A DNA stretch of 64,000 bases from an uncultured Candidatus Saccharibacteria bacterium. GTDB taxonomy: Bacteria > Patescibacteriota > Saccharimonadia > Saccharimonadales > Saccharimonadaceae. The position numbers and the translations under genes were made by a program. The notes under the pieces were generated by a model. That model had not been told where the DNA came from. It saw only the letters and a list, made by a program, of their open reading frames with translations, and made no database searches. The stretch covers positions 52,520-116,519 of the forward strand of contig CAURPR010000001.1 of assembly GCA_963527295.1 (NCBI GenBank), written 5' to 3'. Positions 1 to 9,751 of the stretch are shown here, piece after piece (position 1 is the first letter of the stretch; the number at the start of each line of letters is the position of its first letter).

Positions 1-806
1 TGCCAAAACCAGGTGAGATTATCATCCCGGATGATTATGTGAAGCAGTTGGGTTTTAAGGATGCGCAATCGGCGATTGGTCAGACGATAACCTTGGGTGT
101 GCGCAGTGCGGCGCAGGGTGGAGACGTCGCCAAAGAGGTGTCGTTCAAGATCGCGGCGGTGGACAAAAAGTCAGACACTGTTTTGTTTTATGAGCCAATG
201 CTGAGGATCTCGACGGCTGATGCTAAGGCTATCTATGAATTTAGCCATGATAAGAGCCAACCACATCAGTACTCAACGGCGATTGCTATGGTGGATGATG
301 AGAAAAATGTTGATACTGCTAAAGATGTGATTGGCAAAGACTATAACGCGTACTCAATTCAGGATATTCGGAAGGCGCTACTAACAATGGTTAATGTAGC
401 ACAGGTGGCGCTGGCAGGATTTGGTGGCTTGGCACTGCTGGCGAGTGTGTTCGGAATTGTGAATACTATGTACATTTCGGTGCTGGAGCGAACGAGCCAA
501 ATTGGCTTGATGAAAGCGCTGGGGATGCGTGGTCGTGATATTGGTAAGTTGTTCCGGTATGAGGCAGCGTGGGTTGGTCTGCTCGGCGGCTTGATTGGTG
601 TTGGGCTGGCGAGTTTAGTGACGTTACTAAACCCAGTGATTACTAGCACCTTGGGTTTAAGTGCAGGGACGAACCTACTGGTTATCAATCCGCTGCAAAT
701 TGGGCTGTTGGTATTTGGACTAGTGGTGATGGCGGTAATTTCTGGCTGGCTGCCGAGCCGCAAAGCAACAAAATTAGACCCAATTGAGGCATTAAGGACG
801 GAATAG
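1..806 (+). CDS. ABC transporter permease, FtsX/MacB-type (C-terminal part; 5' end lies left of the window)
   Basis: Frame 3 is open from nt 3 (PKPGEIIIPDDYVKQLGF...), so the GTG at 39 is internal. The C-terminal FtsX-like helix bundle (LLASVFGIVNTMYISVLERTSQIGLMKALGMRGRDIGKLF ... LPSRKATKLDPIEALR) is typical of MacB/LolCE permeases. Its ATPase follows 10 nt later. Confidence 0.85.
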   Translation, partial: PKPGEIIIPDDYVKQLGFKDAQSAIGQTITLGVRSAAQGGDVAKEVSFKIAAVDKKSDTVLFYEPMLRISTADAKAIYEFSHDKSQPHQYSTAIAMVDDEKNVDTAKDVIGKDYNAYSIQDIRKALLTMVNVAQVALAGFGGLALLASVFGIVNTMYISVLERTSQIGLMKALGMRGRDIGKLFRYEAAWVGLLGGLIGVGLASLVTLLNPVITSTLGLSAGTNLLVINPLQIGLLVFGLVVMAVISGWLPSRKATKLDPIEALRTE

Positions 807-816
807 GAGAAAGGTC

Positions 817-1515
817 ATGATTGAACTAAAAAATGTGACAAAAGTTTACGGCAAAAAGAAAAACCAATTTACGGCGCTGAAAAATGTCAGCCTGACCATC
901 CCAACGGGAGCTAGTGTAGCTATCTTAGGTAAATCTGGTTCAGGAAAATCGACGCTGATGCATGCTATATCAGGGTTGGATAAGCCGCAGAAAGGTCAAG
1001 TAATCATCGATGGGCAAGATATTTTACAGCTGAAGCCAAAGCGCGTCGATGAGTTTCGTGCCAAGAAAATCGGCTTTATTTTCCAGAGTTTCTTTGTCCA
1101 GGGCAATGAGAGTGTGATTGATAATGTCAGTTTGCCGCTAGAAATTGCGCGGGTGCCGCGGAAAAAGCGGGCGCACAAAATCAACGCGGCGCTCAAGGCG
1201 GTGGATTTGTATGATAAGCGAAAGAACCGTGCTAAGGACTTGTCGGGCGGGCAGAAGCAGCGCTTGGCGATCGCTCGGGCGATTGTTGGTGATCCGCAAA
1301 TCATCTTTGCCGACGAACCGACGGGTAACTTGGACAGTGAAACAGGTGCGAAAGTGGAAGAATTGCTGTTTGATTATAACAAGCAAAAGGGTGTAACATT
1401 GATCGTGGTGACGCATGACGCTGATCTGGCGAAAAAATGTGATCATCAAATTATCATCAAAGATGGCCGGGTTGAAAAGTCGACCGTGCCAGGAGGTATA
1501 AAGTATGGACGTTAG
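817..1515 (+). CDS. ABC transporter ATP-binding protein (MacB/LolD-like)
   Basis: Walker A GKSGSGKST, Q-loop, ABC signature LSGGQKQR, Walker B IIFADEPTGNLD, H-loop VTHD. Confidence 0.93.
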   Translation: MIELKNVTKVYGKKKNQFTALKNVSLTIPTGASVAILGKSGSGKSTLMHAISGLDKPQKGQVIIDGQDILQLKPKRVDEFRAKKIGFIFQSFFVQGNESVIDNVSLPLEIARVPRKKRAHKINAALKAVDLYDKRKNRAKDLSGGQKQRLAIARAIVGDPQIIFADEPTGNLDSETGAKVEELLFDYNKQKGVTLIVVTHDADLAKKCDHQIIIKDGRVEKSTVPGGIKYGR

Positions 1516-1852
1516 TGCTTACGCGGAGAGCCTGGCGATTCAGCTCCGTAAAGGTTTTCTAGTGTACTGCGTACTGCTAGTGTGCGCTAAGCAACCACAG
1601 TACACTGGCGATATAGTCAAGCAATTGAGTGATTCGGACTTGATGGTAGTAGAGGGCACGATTTATCCGCTGCTGAGCCGTTTACAAAAATATGGCTATC
1701 TCAAACACGAATGGCAGGAAAGTGAGCAGGGACCGCCGCGCAAATATTATTCACTTACTGATACTGGCGCAGAGCTGGTAGATGAATTAAAAAATCGTAT
1801 AAAAATGTTGAACACTTCGCTAAAAAATCTTGAGAAAGGAGCAAAGCGATGA
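1505..1852 (+). CDS. PadR-family transcriptional regulator
   Basis: Winged-helix signature EGTIYPLLSRLQKYGYLKHEWQESEQGPPRKYYSLTDTG. It overlaps the upstream stop by 11 nt, consistent with a shared operon. Confidence 0.85.
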   Translation: MDVSAYAESLAIQLRKGFLVYCVLLVCAKQPQYTGDIVKQLSDSDLMVVEGTIYPLLSRLQKYGYLKHEWQESEQGPPRKYYSLTDTGAELVDELKNRIKMLNTSLKNLEKGAKR

Positions 1853-3162
1853 AAGAAATAACCAGAATCCATTTGGCAAAGACGCCGTTTAGTGTGGAGG
1901 TTGATGCTAAAAAATCTTTGGAACAATATCTTGATTCAATCCAGAAAAATATGCACGCTGAACCAGAAGCTATGCGCGAAATCGAAGCGCGAATGGTAGA
2001 GCTTTTGGCGGAACGCGGTGTGTCGAAGGACGGTGTCATTAGCCACGATGATGTTTTGGCGGTGCAAAAACAAATGGGTGAACCACAGGATTTTGCTGAT
2101 GGTGAAGCGCCAGAGATGAGTGACGATGCAGCTGAGGCCAGTGCAAGCAAGCCGACCAAGCGATTGATGCGCGATCCAGACAATGCAATTTTGGGTGGCG
2201 TGTGCGCTGGGATCGCTGCCTACTGGGGAATTAATCCTTTGTGGGTACGCTTGTTGTTCATTTTCTCGCCATTTATCACCTTTGGTACCTCGCTACTGAT
2301 TTACATTGTATTGTGGATCAGTATGCCAGAAGCGCAAACGGCAGCTGAAAAATTACAGATGCGGGGAGAGGAAGTGACACTGGACAGTCTGAAAAATTTT
2401 TCTTTCACTGACAATAAAAAAACGCAGGTTAAAAATACGTTCATTAAAATTGTACAAGTAATTACTTCGTTTGTATTGATCATGATCACCTTTGGTCTGC
2501 TGGTTGCTGTACCAGTAGGGCTCTTTGCTGGCGCAAGTGTCATCAGCTGGATGGACGGTTTTGCTGCGCAGCCATGGGCTTTAGGCTTGCTGATCTCTGC
2601 ACTCGTTGGCGGAGCTGCCGCAGTGACATTGTTTGGCGTGTTGACGTCTAGCGCAATAAAGTGGCATTTTACGCGAACGGCACTGATCGCAGTGATTATC
2701 AGCACCGTCATCGGGGCATTTTGTATCTCGAGCTCAGCTATATTTGGTACACAGACCCTAAGAGAACTGGCGCGGGATGAAGAACGCTTGACGAAAACAA
2801 TGACTGTAGAGTTGCCAAAAAGCCTTGAGGGCGTTAAATACGCTGATGTGACCAGTAATGGTTTAGTTAGTAGGCAGGCTATACCATCTCAAGAGACCAA
2901 GATTGAGGTAAAATACTTCTCGCGTAAAGATGGTAAGGCGCCAAAAGTACAAGCTGTCGTAGAGGGTGATACTCTTAAGATCAATGTTGAACATGATTCA
3001 CAGCTGTCTTGCTTGAATGAGTCATTCTTTTGGGGTGTTCACTGTGGTGGTATCACAAAGGTTACCGTGTACGGACCTTTGCAGCTGAAACCGTATAGTC
3101 AAGATATTGATGACGTTATCCCGTATCGGGGGTCATCGCGGACCAATGGCGCATTTTTGTAG
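1849..3162 (+). CDS. PspC-domain membrane protein
   Basis: PspC motif LMRDPDNAILGGVCAGIAAYWGINPLWVRLLFIF followed by several TM helices. ATGA overlap with the PadR stop. Confidence 0.75.
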   Translation: MKEITRIHLAKTPFSVEVDAKKSLEQYLDSIQKNMHAEPEAMREIEARMVELLAERGVSKDGVISHDDVLAVQKQMGEPQDFADGEAPEMSDDAAEASASKPTKRLMRDPDNAILGGVCAGIAAYWGINPLWVRLLFIFSPFITFGTSLLIYIVLWISMPEAQTAAEKLQMRGEEVTLDSLKNFSFTDNKKTQVKNTFIKIVQVITSFVLIMITFGLLVAVPVGLFAGASVISWMDGFAAQPWALGLLISALVGGAAAVTLFGVLTSSAIKWHFTRTALIAVIISTVIGAFCISSSAIFGTQTLRELARDEERLTKTMTVELPKSLEGVKYADVTSNGLVSRQAIPSQETKIEVKYFSRKDGKAPKVQAVVEGDTLKINVEHDSQLSCLNESFFWGVHCGGITKVTVYGPLQLKPYSQDIDDVIPYRGSSRTNGAFL

Positions 3163-3191
3163 AAAACTAGTGGTTTGATATAATAAGCTCT

Positions 3192-4034
3192 ATGAATATG
3201 AGTTGGTGGCAAGCAATTGTGCTAGGAATTATCGAGGGGATTACCGAATTCCTGCCTATTTCTAGCACAGGCCACTTAACAATTGCCGAGAAATTGATGG
3301 GTATGCCCCTTGATAACGAGGGGCTGATTGCTTTTACGGCGATTATTCAGATTGGAGCTATAGCAGCAGCGATTATTTATTTTTGGCAGGATATTCAGCG
3401 AGTACTAATCGCGTGGTGGCGTGGTTTGTGGTGGAAACGAGCGCGACGTCAATTTGACTACAAGTATGGGTGGGCGATCATCATCGGTTCAGTGCCAATT
3501 GCGGTAGTGGGGCTGGTATTTAAAGATGAGATAGAAACGGTGCTGCGTAGTTTGTGGTTTGTGGCGGGTGCGTTGATCATCTGGAGTGGCGTGATGTGGC
3601 TGGCTGATAAGTATGCTACTGCCAAGCGCGTTGAAAAGGATACGACGTGGAAAGATACGCTGGTTATTGGTTTGGGCCAGTGCCTGTCGCTTGTTCCTGG
3701 GGTGAGTCGCTCTGGTGCCACGATATCAGTGGGATTGCTGCGCGGTTTTGACCGGGTGACAGTGACCAAATTGAGCTTTTTCCTGGGGATTCCGGCGTTG
3801 GTGGCAGCAGGGCTGTTGGAAGTTGTGACTAAATACAAGCACATTTCTGGCGGCGTTGGTTGGACGTCAACTATCATCGCGACGGTGGTGTCATTTGGCG
3901 TGGGTTACGTGGCAGTGGCGTGGCTCCTGAAATTTATCCAAAACAATGATTTTCGCTCATTTATCATCTATCGATTTGTGTTGGGGCTGATATTGGTGGT
4001 GCTACTGGGTGCTGGGATAATCTCTCACGTTTAA
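3192..4034 (+). CDS. uppP: Undecaprenyl-diphosphate phosphatase
   Basis: BacA/UppP motifs EGITEFLPISSTGHL and PGVSRSGATI in an 8-TM-like protein. TATAAT at 3179-3184 lies 7 nt before the ATG. Confidence 0.93.
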   Translation: MNMSWWQAIVLGIIEGITEFLPISSTGHLTIAEKLMGMPLDNEGLIAFTAIIQIGAIAAAIIYFWQDIQRVLIAWWRGLWWKRARRQFDYKYGWAIIIGSVPIAVVGLVFKDEIETVLRSLWFVAGALIIWSGVMWLADKYATAKRVEKDTTWKDTLVIGLGQCLSLVPGVSRSGATISVGLLRGFDRVTVTKLSFFLGIPALVAAGLLEVVTKYKHISGGVGWTSTIIATVVSFGVGYVAVAWLLKFIQNNDFRSFIIYRFVLGLILVVLLGAGIISHV

Positions 4035-4059
4035 ACCAAAATTGGTATATAATGAGGGC

Positions 4060-5301
4060 ATGTTAGACATCAAATTTATTCGAGAACATGCTGATTTGGT
4101 GCAAAAATCAGCACATGATAAGGGATACGCCGTTGATATTGCGACATTGTTGCAATTGGATGACGAGCGCCGCAACCTGCAAAAGCAAGTTGAAGCACTG
4201 CGTGAACAGCGAAATGCAATTTCAGCCAAAATGAAAGGTGGTCGCCCAGATCAGGAGCTGATTGACCAGGGAAAACAGCTAAAAATTGAGTTGGCAGAAC
4301 GTGAAAACTACTTAAAATCAACCGAGGGAAAAGTAGCCACAATTCTGAAAAACGTGCCAAACATCACCTTTGATGATGTGCCGCTTGGCGGTGAGGAAGA
4401 CTCGGTTGAGATAAAGGCCTACGGTGAGCATAAAACGGGCGCCAAGGATCATTTGGACTATGCTGTCAGTCGCGGTTGGGTTGATTTTGAGCGTGGTGCA
4501 AAAGTAGCTGGCGCGAAGTTTTACTATCTCAAGGGCGACCTGGCGCTGTTGGAAAATGCTGTGACACAGTTTGCGCTGGATTATGTGACGAAGCAGGGCT
4601 TTACGTTTATGACAGTGCCACACATGGTGAATTTGCGCACAGCGGAAGGTGCGGGCTTTGCGCCAAAGGGCGAGGGTAGTAATGAATATGTGGTCGAGGG
4701 TGAGGATTTAACGCTGATCGGGACGGCGGAAATGCCGCTGACGGGCTATCACGCTGATGAAATTTTGGATGAGAAAGATTTGCCGCTGTTATACGCAGGA
4801 TATAGTCCATGTTACCGCAAGGAAGCGGGTACGTACGGCAAGCACACCCGCGGATTGTTCCGAGTACATCAATTTAACAAATTGGAAATGTATGCGTTCT
4901 GTCTACCGGAGCAGTCCAAGGAAATTCATGAAAAAATCCTCAGCGTCGAGGAAGCGCTGTGGCAGCAAATCGGCATTTCGTACCATGTGGTAAACATCGC
5001 GGCGGGCGACTTGGGTGCGCCAGCTGCCAAAAAGTATGACATTGAATATTGGTCACCGGTCGATCAGACTTACCGCGAGCTGACGAGTTGCTCGAATTGC
5101 ACGGATTATCAAGCGCGCGGTTTGAATATTCGGGTGCGGCGAGCGGATGGCAACATTGAGACAGTTCACACCTTGAACGGTACGGCAGTCTCATTGGCGC
5201 GGTCATTGGTGGTGATTTTGGAAAACTTCCAGAACGAGGACGGCAGTTTGACAGTGCCAGAAGTATTGCGACCATATATGGGCGGACGTGAGCGAATTTA
5301 G
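4060..5301 (+). CDS. serS: Serine--tRNA ligase
   Basis: N-terminal coiled-coil arm (MLDIKFIREH...) plus class II core (motif 2 FRVHQFNKLE, motif 3 GTAVSLARSLVVILEN). Start moved to ATG 4060 because the track start 4042 (TTG) lies inside the TATAAT box at 4048-4053. Confidence 0.95.
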   Translation: MLDIKFIREHADLVQKSAHDKGYAVDIATLLQLDDERRNLQKQVEALREQRNAISAKMKGGRPDQELIDQGKQLKIELAERENYLKSTEGKVATILKNVPNITFDDVPLGGEEDSVEIKAYGEHKTGAKDHLDYAVSRGWVDFERGAKVAGAKFYYLKGDLALLENAVTQFALDYVTKQGFTFMTVPHMVNLRTAEGAGFAPKGEGSNEYVVEGEDLTLIGTAEMPLTGYHADEILDEKDLPLLYAGYSPCYRKEAGTYGKHTRGLFRVHQFNKLEMYAFCLPEQSKEIHEKILSVEEALWQQIGISYHVVNIAAGDLGAPAAKKYDIEYWSPVDQTYRELTSCSNCTDYQARGLNIRVRRADGNIETVHTLNGTAVSLARSLVVILENFQNEDGSLTVPEVLRPYMGGRERI

Positions 5302-5341
5302 CAACATACATGGTATAATGTAGGTATAACGAAGGAGGGAT

Positions 5342-5713
5342 ATGATTACCAATCTGACAATCACTGGTGTAAAGTACGAACTGAATGACACGACCAAACG
5401 GTATATTGAGAAAAAAATTGGCCCATTGGATCGGTTTTTGCCACGTCACGCTCGTAAAAGCGTGACTGCAGATGTGAAGATTAAGCAAATTGATAACCCT
5501 GGCGGCAACAAATATGAGGTTGAAGTTATCATTAATGTCCCGGACAAGGTCATCACCGCCAAAGACTCAACAATGAACGTGTTGGCGGCTGTGGACATCG
5601 TCGAGACCAAATTGAATGGTCAGTTGCGTCGCTATAAGGACGACACGTTGGCTCACGTTGGCCGTAGTCGTGGTGTGTTGGCGAAGTTTAAGCGCAGTTT
5701 CCGCCGCGGGTGA
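5342..5713 (+). CDS. hpf: Ribosome hibernation-promoting factor (HPF/RaiA family, short form)
   Basis: ITGVKYELNDTTKRYIEKKIGPLDRF... is typical of the sigma-54 modulation protein/S30EA family. GGAGGG SD lies 5 nt upstream of the ATG. Confidence 0.85.
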   Translation: MITNLTITGVKYELNDTTKRYIEKKIGPLDRFLPRHARKSVTADVKIKQIDNPGGNKYEVEVIINVPDKVITAKDSTMNVLAAVDIVETKLNGQLRRYKDDTLAHVGRSRGVLAKFKRSFRRG

Positions 5714-5736
5714 ATTGTTTAGTATCGCTAAAATCA

Positions 5737-5768
5737 GAAAACACCATATATATGGTGTTTTCTCTTTA
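5737..5768 (+). terminator. Rho-independent terminator after hpf
   Basis: Perfect 10-bp stem GAAAACACCA (5737-5746) / TGGTGTTTTC (5752-5761) followed by a T-rich tail. Confidence 0.6.
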
Positions 5769-5838
5769 ATTTTAGGTCAAAAAGGGTTACAATAGAAAGA
5801 GTTTTGAAAATGTCCGAAAGCGAGGGAGTTTTAAGGTT

Positions 5839-8469
5839 ATGGCAATGACACAACAAAAAGCGCTGAGTAAAGTTTTTGGTGATCCGCAGAAGAAGATTTT
5901 GAAGCGGCTGGAAAAGCGTGTTGCAGTAATTAACGGTTTGTCTGGAAAGTATGAAAAACTGTCAGATGAGGAATTGCAGGCGCAGACAGAAGCGCTGAAA
6001 AAACGGCTGACGAAGAAGAATGTAACGCTGGATACGATTTTGCCAGATGCCTTTGCAGTGGTGCGTGAGGCAGCCAAACGCGTCATCGGTGAGCGTCCGT
6101 ATGATGTTCAGTTGATCGGTGGTATGGCGCTCCACGAAGGCAACGTGGCTGAGATGAAGACTGGTGAAGGTAAGACTCTGGTGGCGACGCTGCCGACATA
6201 TCTCAATGCGCTGGAAGGCAAGGGTGTTCATGTGGTGACTGTCAACGATTATCTGGCGCAGCGTGACGCTGGCTGGATGGGGCAGGTGTATGACTTTTTA
6301 GGCCTGACCACTGGCGTGATCATCAACGAAGCGTCGTTTGTGTATGATAAAGAGTATGATAATGAGCATCACGACGATCCGCGCATGCGTAAGCTCCGCC
6401 CAGTCACTCGTAAGGAAGCCTACGCGGCAGATATTACTTATGGCACTAATAACGAGTTTGGTTTTGACTATTTGCGCGATAACATGGTGAACGACGTCGC
6501 TTTGCTCAGGCAGCGCGAACTGAACTTTGCCATCGTTGACGAGGTAGACTCCATTCTGATCGACGAAGCACGAACGCCACTGATCATCTCGGCGCCAGCA
6601 GCAGAAAACCCAGACAATTACTATACGTTCGCCAAAGTTGCCAGTAAATTAGTGCCAGATGACTATGTTTTGGATGAAAAGCGCCGTAGCGTGGCCTTGA
6701 CCGACGAGGGCGTGGAAAAAGTTCAAAAACTGCTGGGAATAAAAAATTTGTACACACCAGACCACGTGCGCAGTGTTTACCACATGGACCAGGCGCTGCG
6801 AGCACAAACATTGTTCAAGCGTGACAAAGATTACGTGGTGACCAATGACGGCGAGGTGATCATCGTCGATGAACACACCGGTCGTTTGATGCAAGGACGC
6901 CGCTACAACGAAGGCTTGCACCAGGCAATTGAAGCCAAAGAAGGCGTACCAGTACTGGAAGAAAGCATGACGCTGGCGACCATTTCGTTCCAGAACTATT
7001 TCCGTTTGTACAATAAACTTTCCGGTATGACTGGTACGGCGTTCACTGAAGCCGAGGAGTTCCAACAAATTTATTCACTGGACGTCATCCAGATTCCACC
7101 GAACAAGCCAGTGATTCGCGACGACAAAGAAGACCTGATTTTCAAGACCGAAAAGGGCAAGCTGAAGGCAGTCGCTGAAGCCATCAAAGATTATCACAAG
7201 CAAGGCCGGCCAGTGTTGGTTGGTTCTGGCTCGATTGCCAAGAATGAGCAGATTGCTAAATATCTGGAAAAAGAGGGTATTAAATTTGAGATTTTGAACG
7301 CCAAGAATAATGAGCGCGAGGCAGCCATCATTGAGAAGGCTGGTGAAAAGGGCGCGATTACCCTAGCGACAAACATCGCTGGACGTGGTACCGACATTAA
7401 GCTTGGCAAGGGCGTCAAGGAATTGGGCGGCCTGGTGGTGATCGGTTCGGAGCGGCATGAGTCACGCCGCATTGACAATCAGTTGCGCGGTCGTGGCGGT
7501 CGTCAGGGCGACCCGGGTGAGACGCAGTTCTATGTGTCGACCGAGGATGATTTGATGCGAATTTTCCAGGGCGAGCGCATTGCGGCGTTGATGGACCGGC
7601 TGGGTGTGGATGAAGATACGCCGATTCAAAACCGCGCCGTGTCAAAGACCTTGGAGGCAGCCCAGAAGCGCGTTGAGGGCTATAATTTTGATACGCGCAA
7701 AAATGTTGTTCAGTACGACAACGTGATCAATCGTCACCGCCGCGTGGTGTATGTCATGCGCCGCAAGATTTTGGAAGGCGACAACATTAAGCCAGAAATT
7801 GAACGCTTGCTCAAAGAAAAAGTGAACGATTCAACACAGCTACCGCTCAAGAATAACCCTAATTTTGTGAAAGAATTTGCTGCAGTTATCCCGGTTGATG
7901 AGGGAGCCCTGGCAAAGGCTGGCTCAGAGAAGAAAGATAAATCTCGTGTCCAAAAGGTGATGAAACTGGCGCGTGAAGCATACGCAGAAAAAGAGGAAGA
8001 AATTGGTGACGAGAACTTGCGTGGCGTCGAGCGAGAAGTGTACATGGCGGTGCTCGACACCTTGTGGATGCAGCACCTGGAAAACATGCAACACCTGCGT
8101 GAAGGAATCCACTGGCGCAGTGTTGGTCAGCGTGATCCATTGGTTGAGTATCGGTCGGAGTCACAAAAATTGTTCACGAGTTTGCAGAACAATTTGCGCG
8201 ACGAAGTCTTGAGTACCATCTTCCGCGTGCGTAAGGCCGATGCAACAGTGCAACAATCGCAAGACGATGAGTATGACACTGAGCTGACTCGACTCGCTGA
8301 AACTGCCGTTGAGAAGGGCGTTAACGAGATAACATCTGGCGAAAAGAATCGTGACGATGATTTCTCAGTCAAAAAGGCAAAGACTGCTTCTGAGTCAAAT
8401 CGTGCCAAAAACGCAGCGCGCAAGAAGAAAAAAGCGCAGCGCCAAAACCGCAAAAAGAATCGGAAATAA
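5839..8469 (+). CDS. secA: Preprotein translocase ATPase SecA
   Basis: 876 aa. DEAD-like motor (MKTGEGKTLVATLP, DEVDSILIDEARTPLIIS, TNIAGRGTDIKLG) and a basic C-terminal tail. Confidence 0.97.
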   Translation: MAMTQQKALSKVFGDPQKKILKRLEKRVAVINGLSGKYEKLSDEELQAQTEALKKRLTKKNVTLDTILPDAFAVVREAAKRVIGERPYDVQLIGGMALHEGNVAEMKTGEGKTLVATLPTYLNALEGKGVHVVTVNDYLAQRDAGWMGQVYDFLGLTTGVIINEASFVYDKEYDNEHHDDPRMRKLRPVTRKEAYAADITYGTNNEFGFDYLRDNMVNDVALLRQRELNFAIVDEVDSILIDEARTPLIISAPAAENPDNYYTFAKVASKLVPDDYVLDEKRRSVALTDEGVEKVQKLLGIKNLYTPDHVRSVYHMDQALRAQTLFKRDKDYVVTNDGEVIIVDEHTGRLMQGRRYNEGLHQAIEAKEGVPVLEESMTLATISFQNYFRLYNKLSGMTGTAFTEAEEFQQIYSLDVIQIPPNKPVIRDDKEDLIFKTEKGKLKAVAEAIKDYHKQGRPVLVGSGSIAKNEQIAKYLEKEGIKFEILNAKNNEREAAIIEKAGEKGAITLATNIAGRGTDIKLGKGVKELGGLVVIGSERHESRRIDNQLRGRGGRQGDPGETQFYVSTEDDLMRIFQGERIAALMDRLGVDEDTPIQNRAVSKTLEAAQKRVEGYNFDTRKNVVQYDNVINRHRRVVYVMRRKILEGDNIKPEIERLLKEKVNDSTQLPLKNNPNFVKEFAAVIPVDEGALAKAGSEKKDKSRVQKVMKLAREAYAEKEEEIGDENLRGVEREVYMAVLDTLWMQHLENMQHLREGIHWRSVGQRDPLVEYRSESQKLFTSLQNNLRDEVLSTIFRVRKADATVQQSQDDEYDTELTRLAETAVEKGVNEITSGEKNRDDDFSVKKAKTASESNRAKNAARKKKKAQRQNRKKNRK

Positions 8470-8472
8470 TCC

Positions 8473-9750
8473 ATGAAGCACACAGTTGAAGAAGTACGAT
8501 TAAAGAACGGTGCTCGGGGGTTGTTGATAGATGTGCCAGATGCTACGGTGATGAGCTTTCAGTTCCATTTTCGGGCGGGCAGTCGCTATGTACGCGACAA
8601 AGACATCTACGAGACGGCACACATCATGGAGCATATGTCATTTGGTGCCAATGAAAAATTCCGTTCGCAGGCACTGTATGACCAAGAATTTGTCAAAAAT
8701 GGAGCGTATTATAACGCCTATACAACAGAGTATTCCATGGGCTATGAAGCATTTTGTGCTGATTTTGAATGGGACAGGGTGTTGGAACTGCAGAGGCTGG
8801 CTATCACGGTACCGCGTTTTAATGCCGAAGAATTGGAGGCTGAGAAGGGCAATGTGCGCTCTGAGCTGACAGGCTATCTGAACAATCACAACCGCGTGAT
8901 GTGGCCGCGAGTGCAACAGGCATTGGGTGAAGATATTTTGACGTACAATCAGCGTCTCAAGACAATCGCTAACGTGACGTTGAAAGATATCAAAGAACAC
9001 CACCGTCGAACGCATACTTTGAAGAATATGCGCTTTGTGATCGCTGGTAAAATGACGGGGCGCAAGTCGCGCATCAAAGAGGCGCTGGAGGCTTGGCAAT
9101 TGGAAGAGGGCGAACGCTTTGAAATTCCGCAGGACAATTTACACAGCGCCGGACCTCTGTTGATCAGGCGTAAAGAAGCTTCCAATCTGACATTTGGTTG
9201 GTCGATGATCGTGCCTCGTGAGATTAGTAATTCTGAAGCCGATGCCATGGGCTGCCTGAACCACATTTTGACTGGGACGTTTAATTCTCGCATTTTCGGG
9301 GCGGCCCGCAAGCGAGGACTGGCGTATAGTATCTTTAGTGATACTTCGGTTGGATTTTATGACTCGGCGTGGGATTTTACCGGCCAGGTCAACTTGGAGA
9401 CGGCCGAAGAGCTGTTTGATATCATCGTTAGTGAATTAAAGCGTGTACTAAACGGTAAAATTTCCGCTGAAGATATCGAAAGCGCTAAGTCCTACTCTCT
9501 GGGGCGTTACCAAATGGGTGCGCAGACTGTTTCTCAGATCAGCAATTTCTATACCGGTCGCTATTTCTCAGATGATTTCGTGAAGGATTATACTGGGGTG
9601 CCAGCAGCAATTTTGGCAGTGACTGATGAAAAAATTGTGCAAGTGGCGCGTGAGTTTTTCCAGGCTAACACCTGGGTGTTGGCTGGGGTGAGTTGTGGTG
9701 AAAAAGAGCTACTGGAACGTATCCAAGAAAAGCTGGGAGCATTGTTCTAA
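8473..9750 (+). CDS. M16 (pitrilysin/insulinase) family peptidase
   Basis: Inverted zinc motif HxxEH present as HIMEH near the N-terminus. Two-domain length (425 aa). Confidence 0.85.
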   Translation: MKHTVEEVRLKNGARGLLIDVPDATVMSFQFHFRAGSRYVRDKDIYETAHIMEHMSFGANEKFRSQALYDQEFVKNGAYYNAYTTEYSMGYEAFCADFEWDRVLELQRLAITVPRFNAEELEAEKGNVRSELTGYLNNHNRVMWPRVQQALGEDILTYNQRLKTIANVTLKDIKEHHRRTHTLKNMRFVIAGKMTGRKSRIKEALEAWQLEEGERFEIPQDNLHSAGPLLIRRKEASNLTFGWSMIVPREISNSEADAMGCLNHILTGTFNSRIFGAARKRGLAYSIFSDTSVGFYDSAWDFTGQVNLETAEELFDIIVSELKRVLNGKISAEDIESAKSYSLGRYQMGAQTVSQISNFYTGRYFSDDFVKDYTGVPAAILAVTDEKIVQVAREFFQANTWVLAGVSCGEKELLERIQEKLGALF

Positions 9751-9751
9751 G

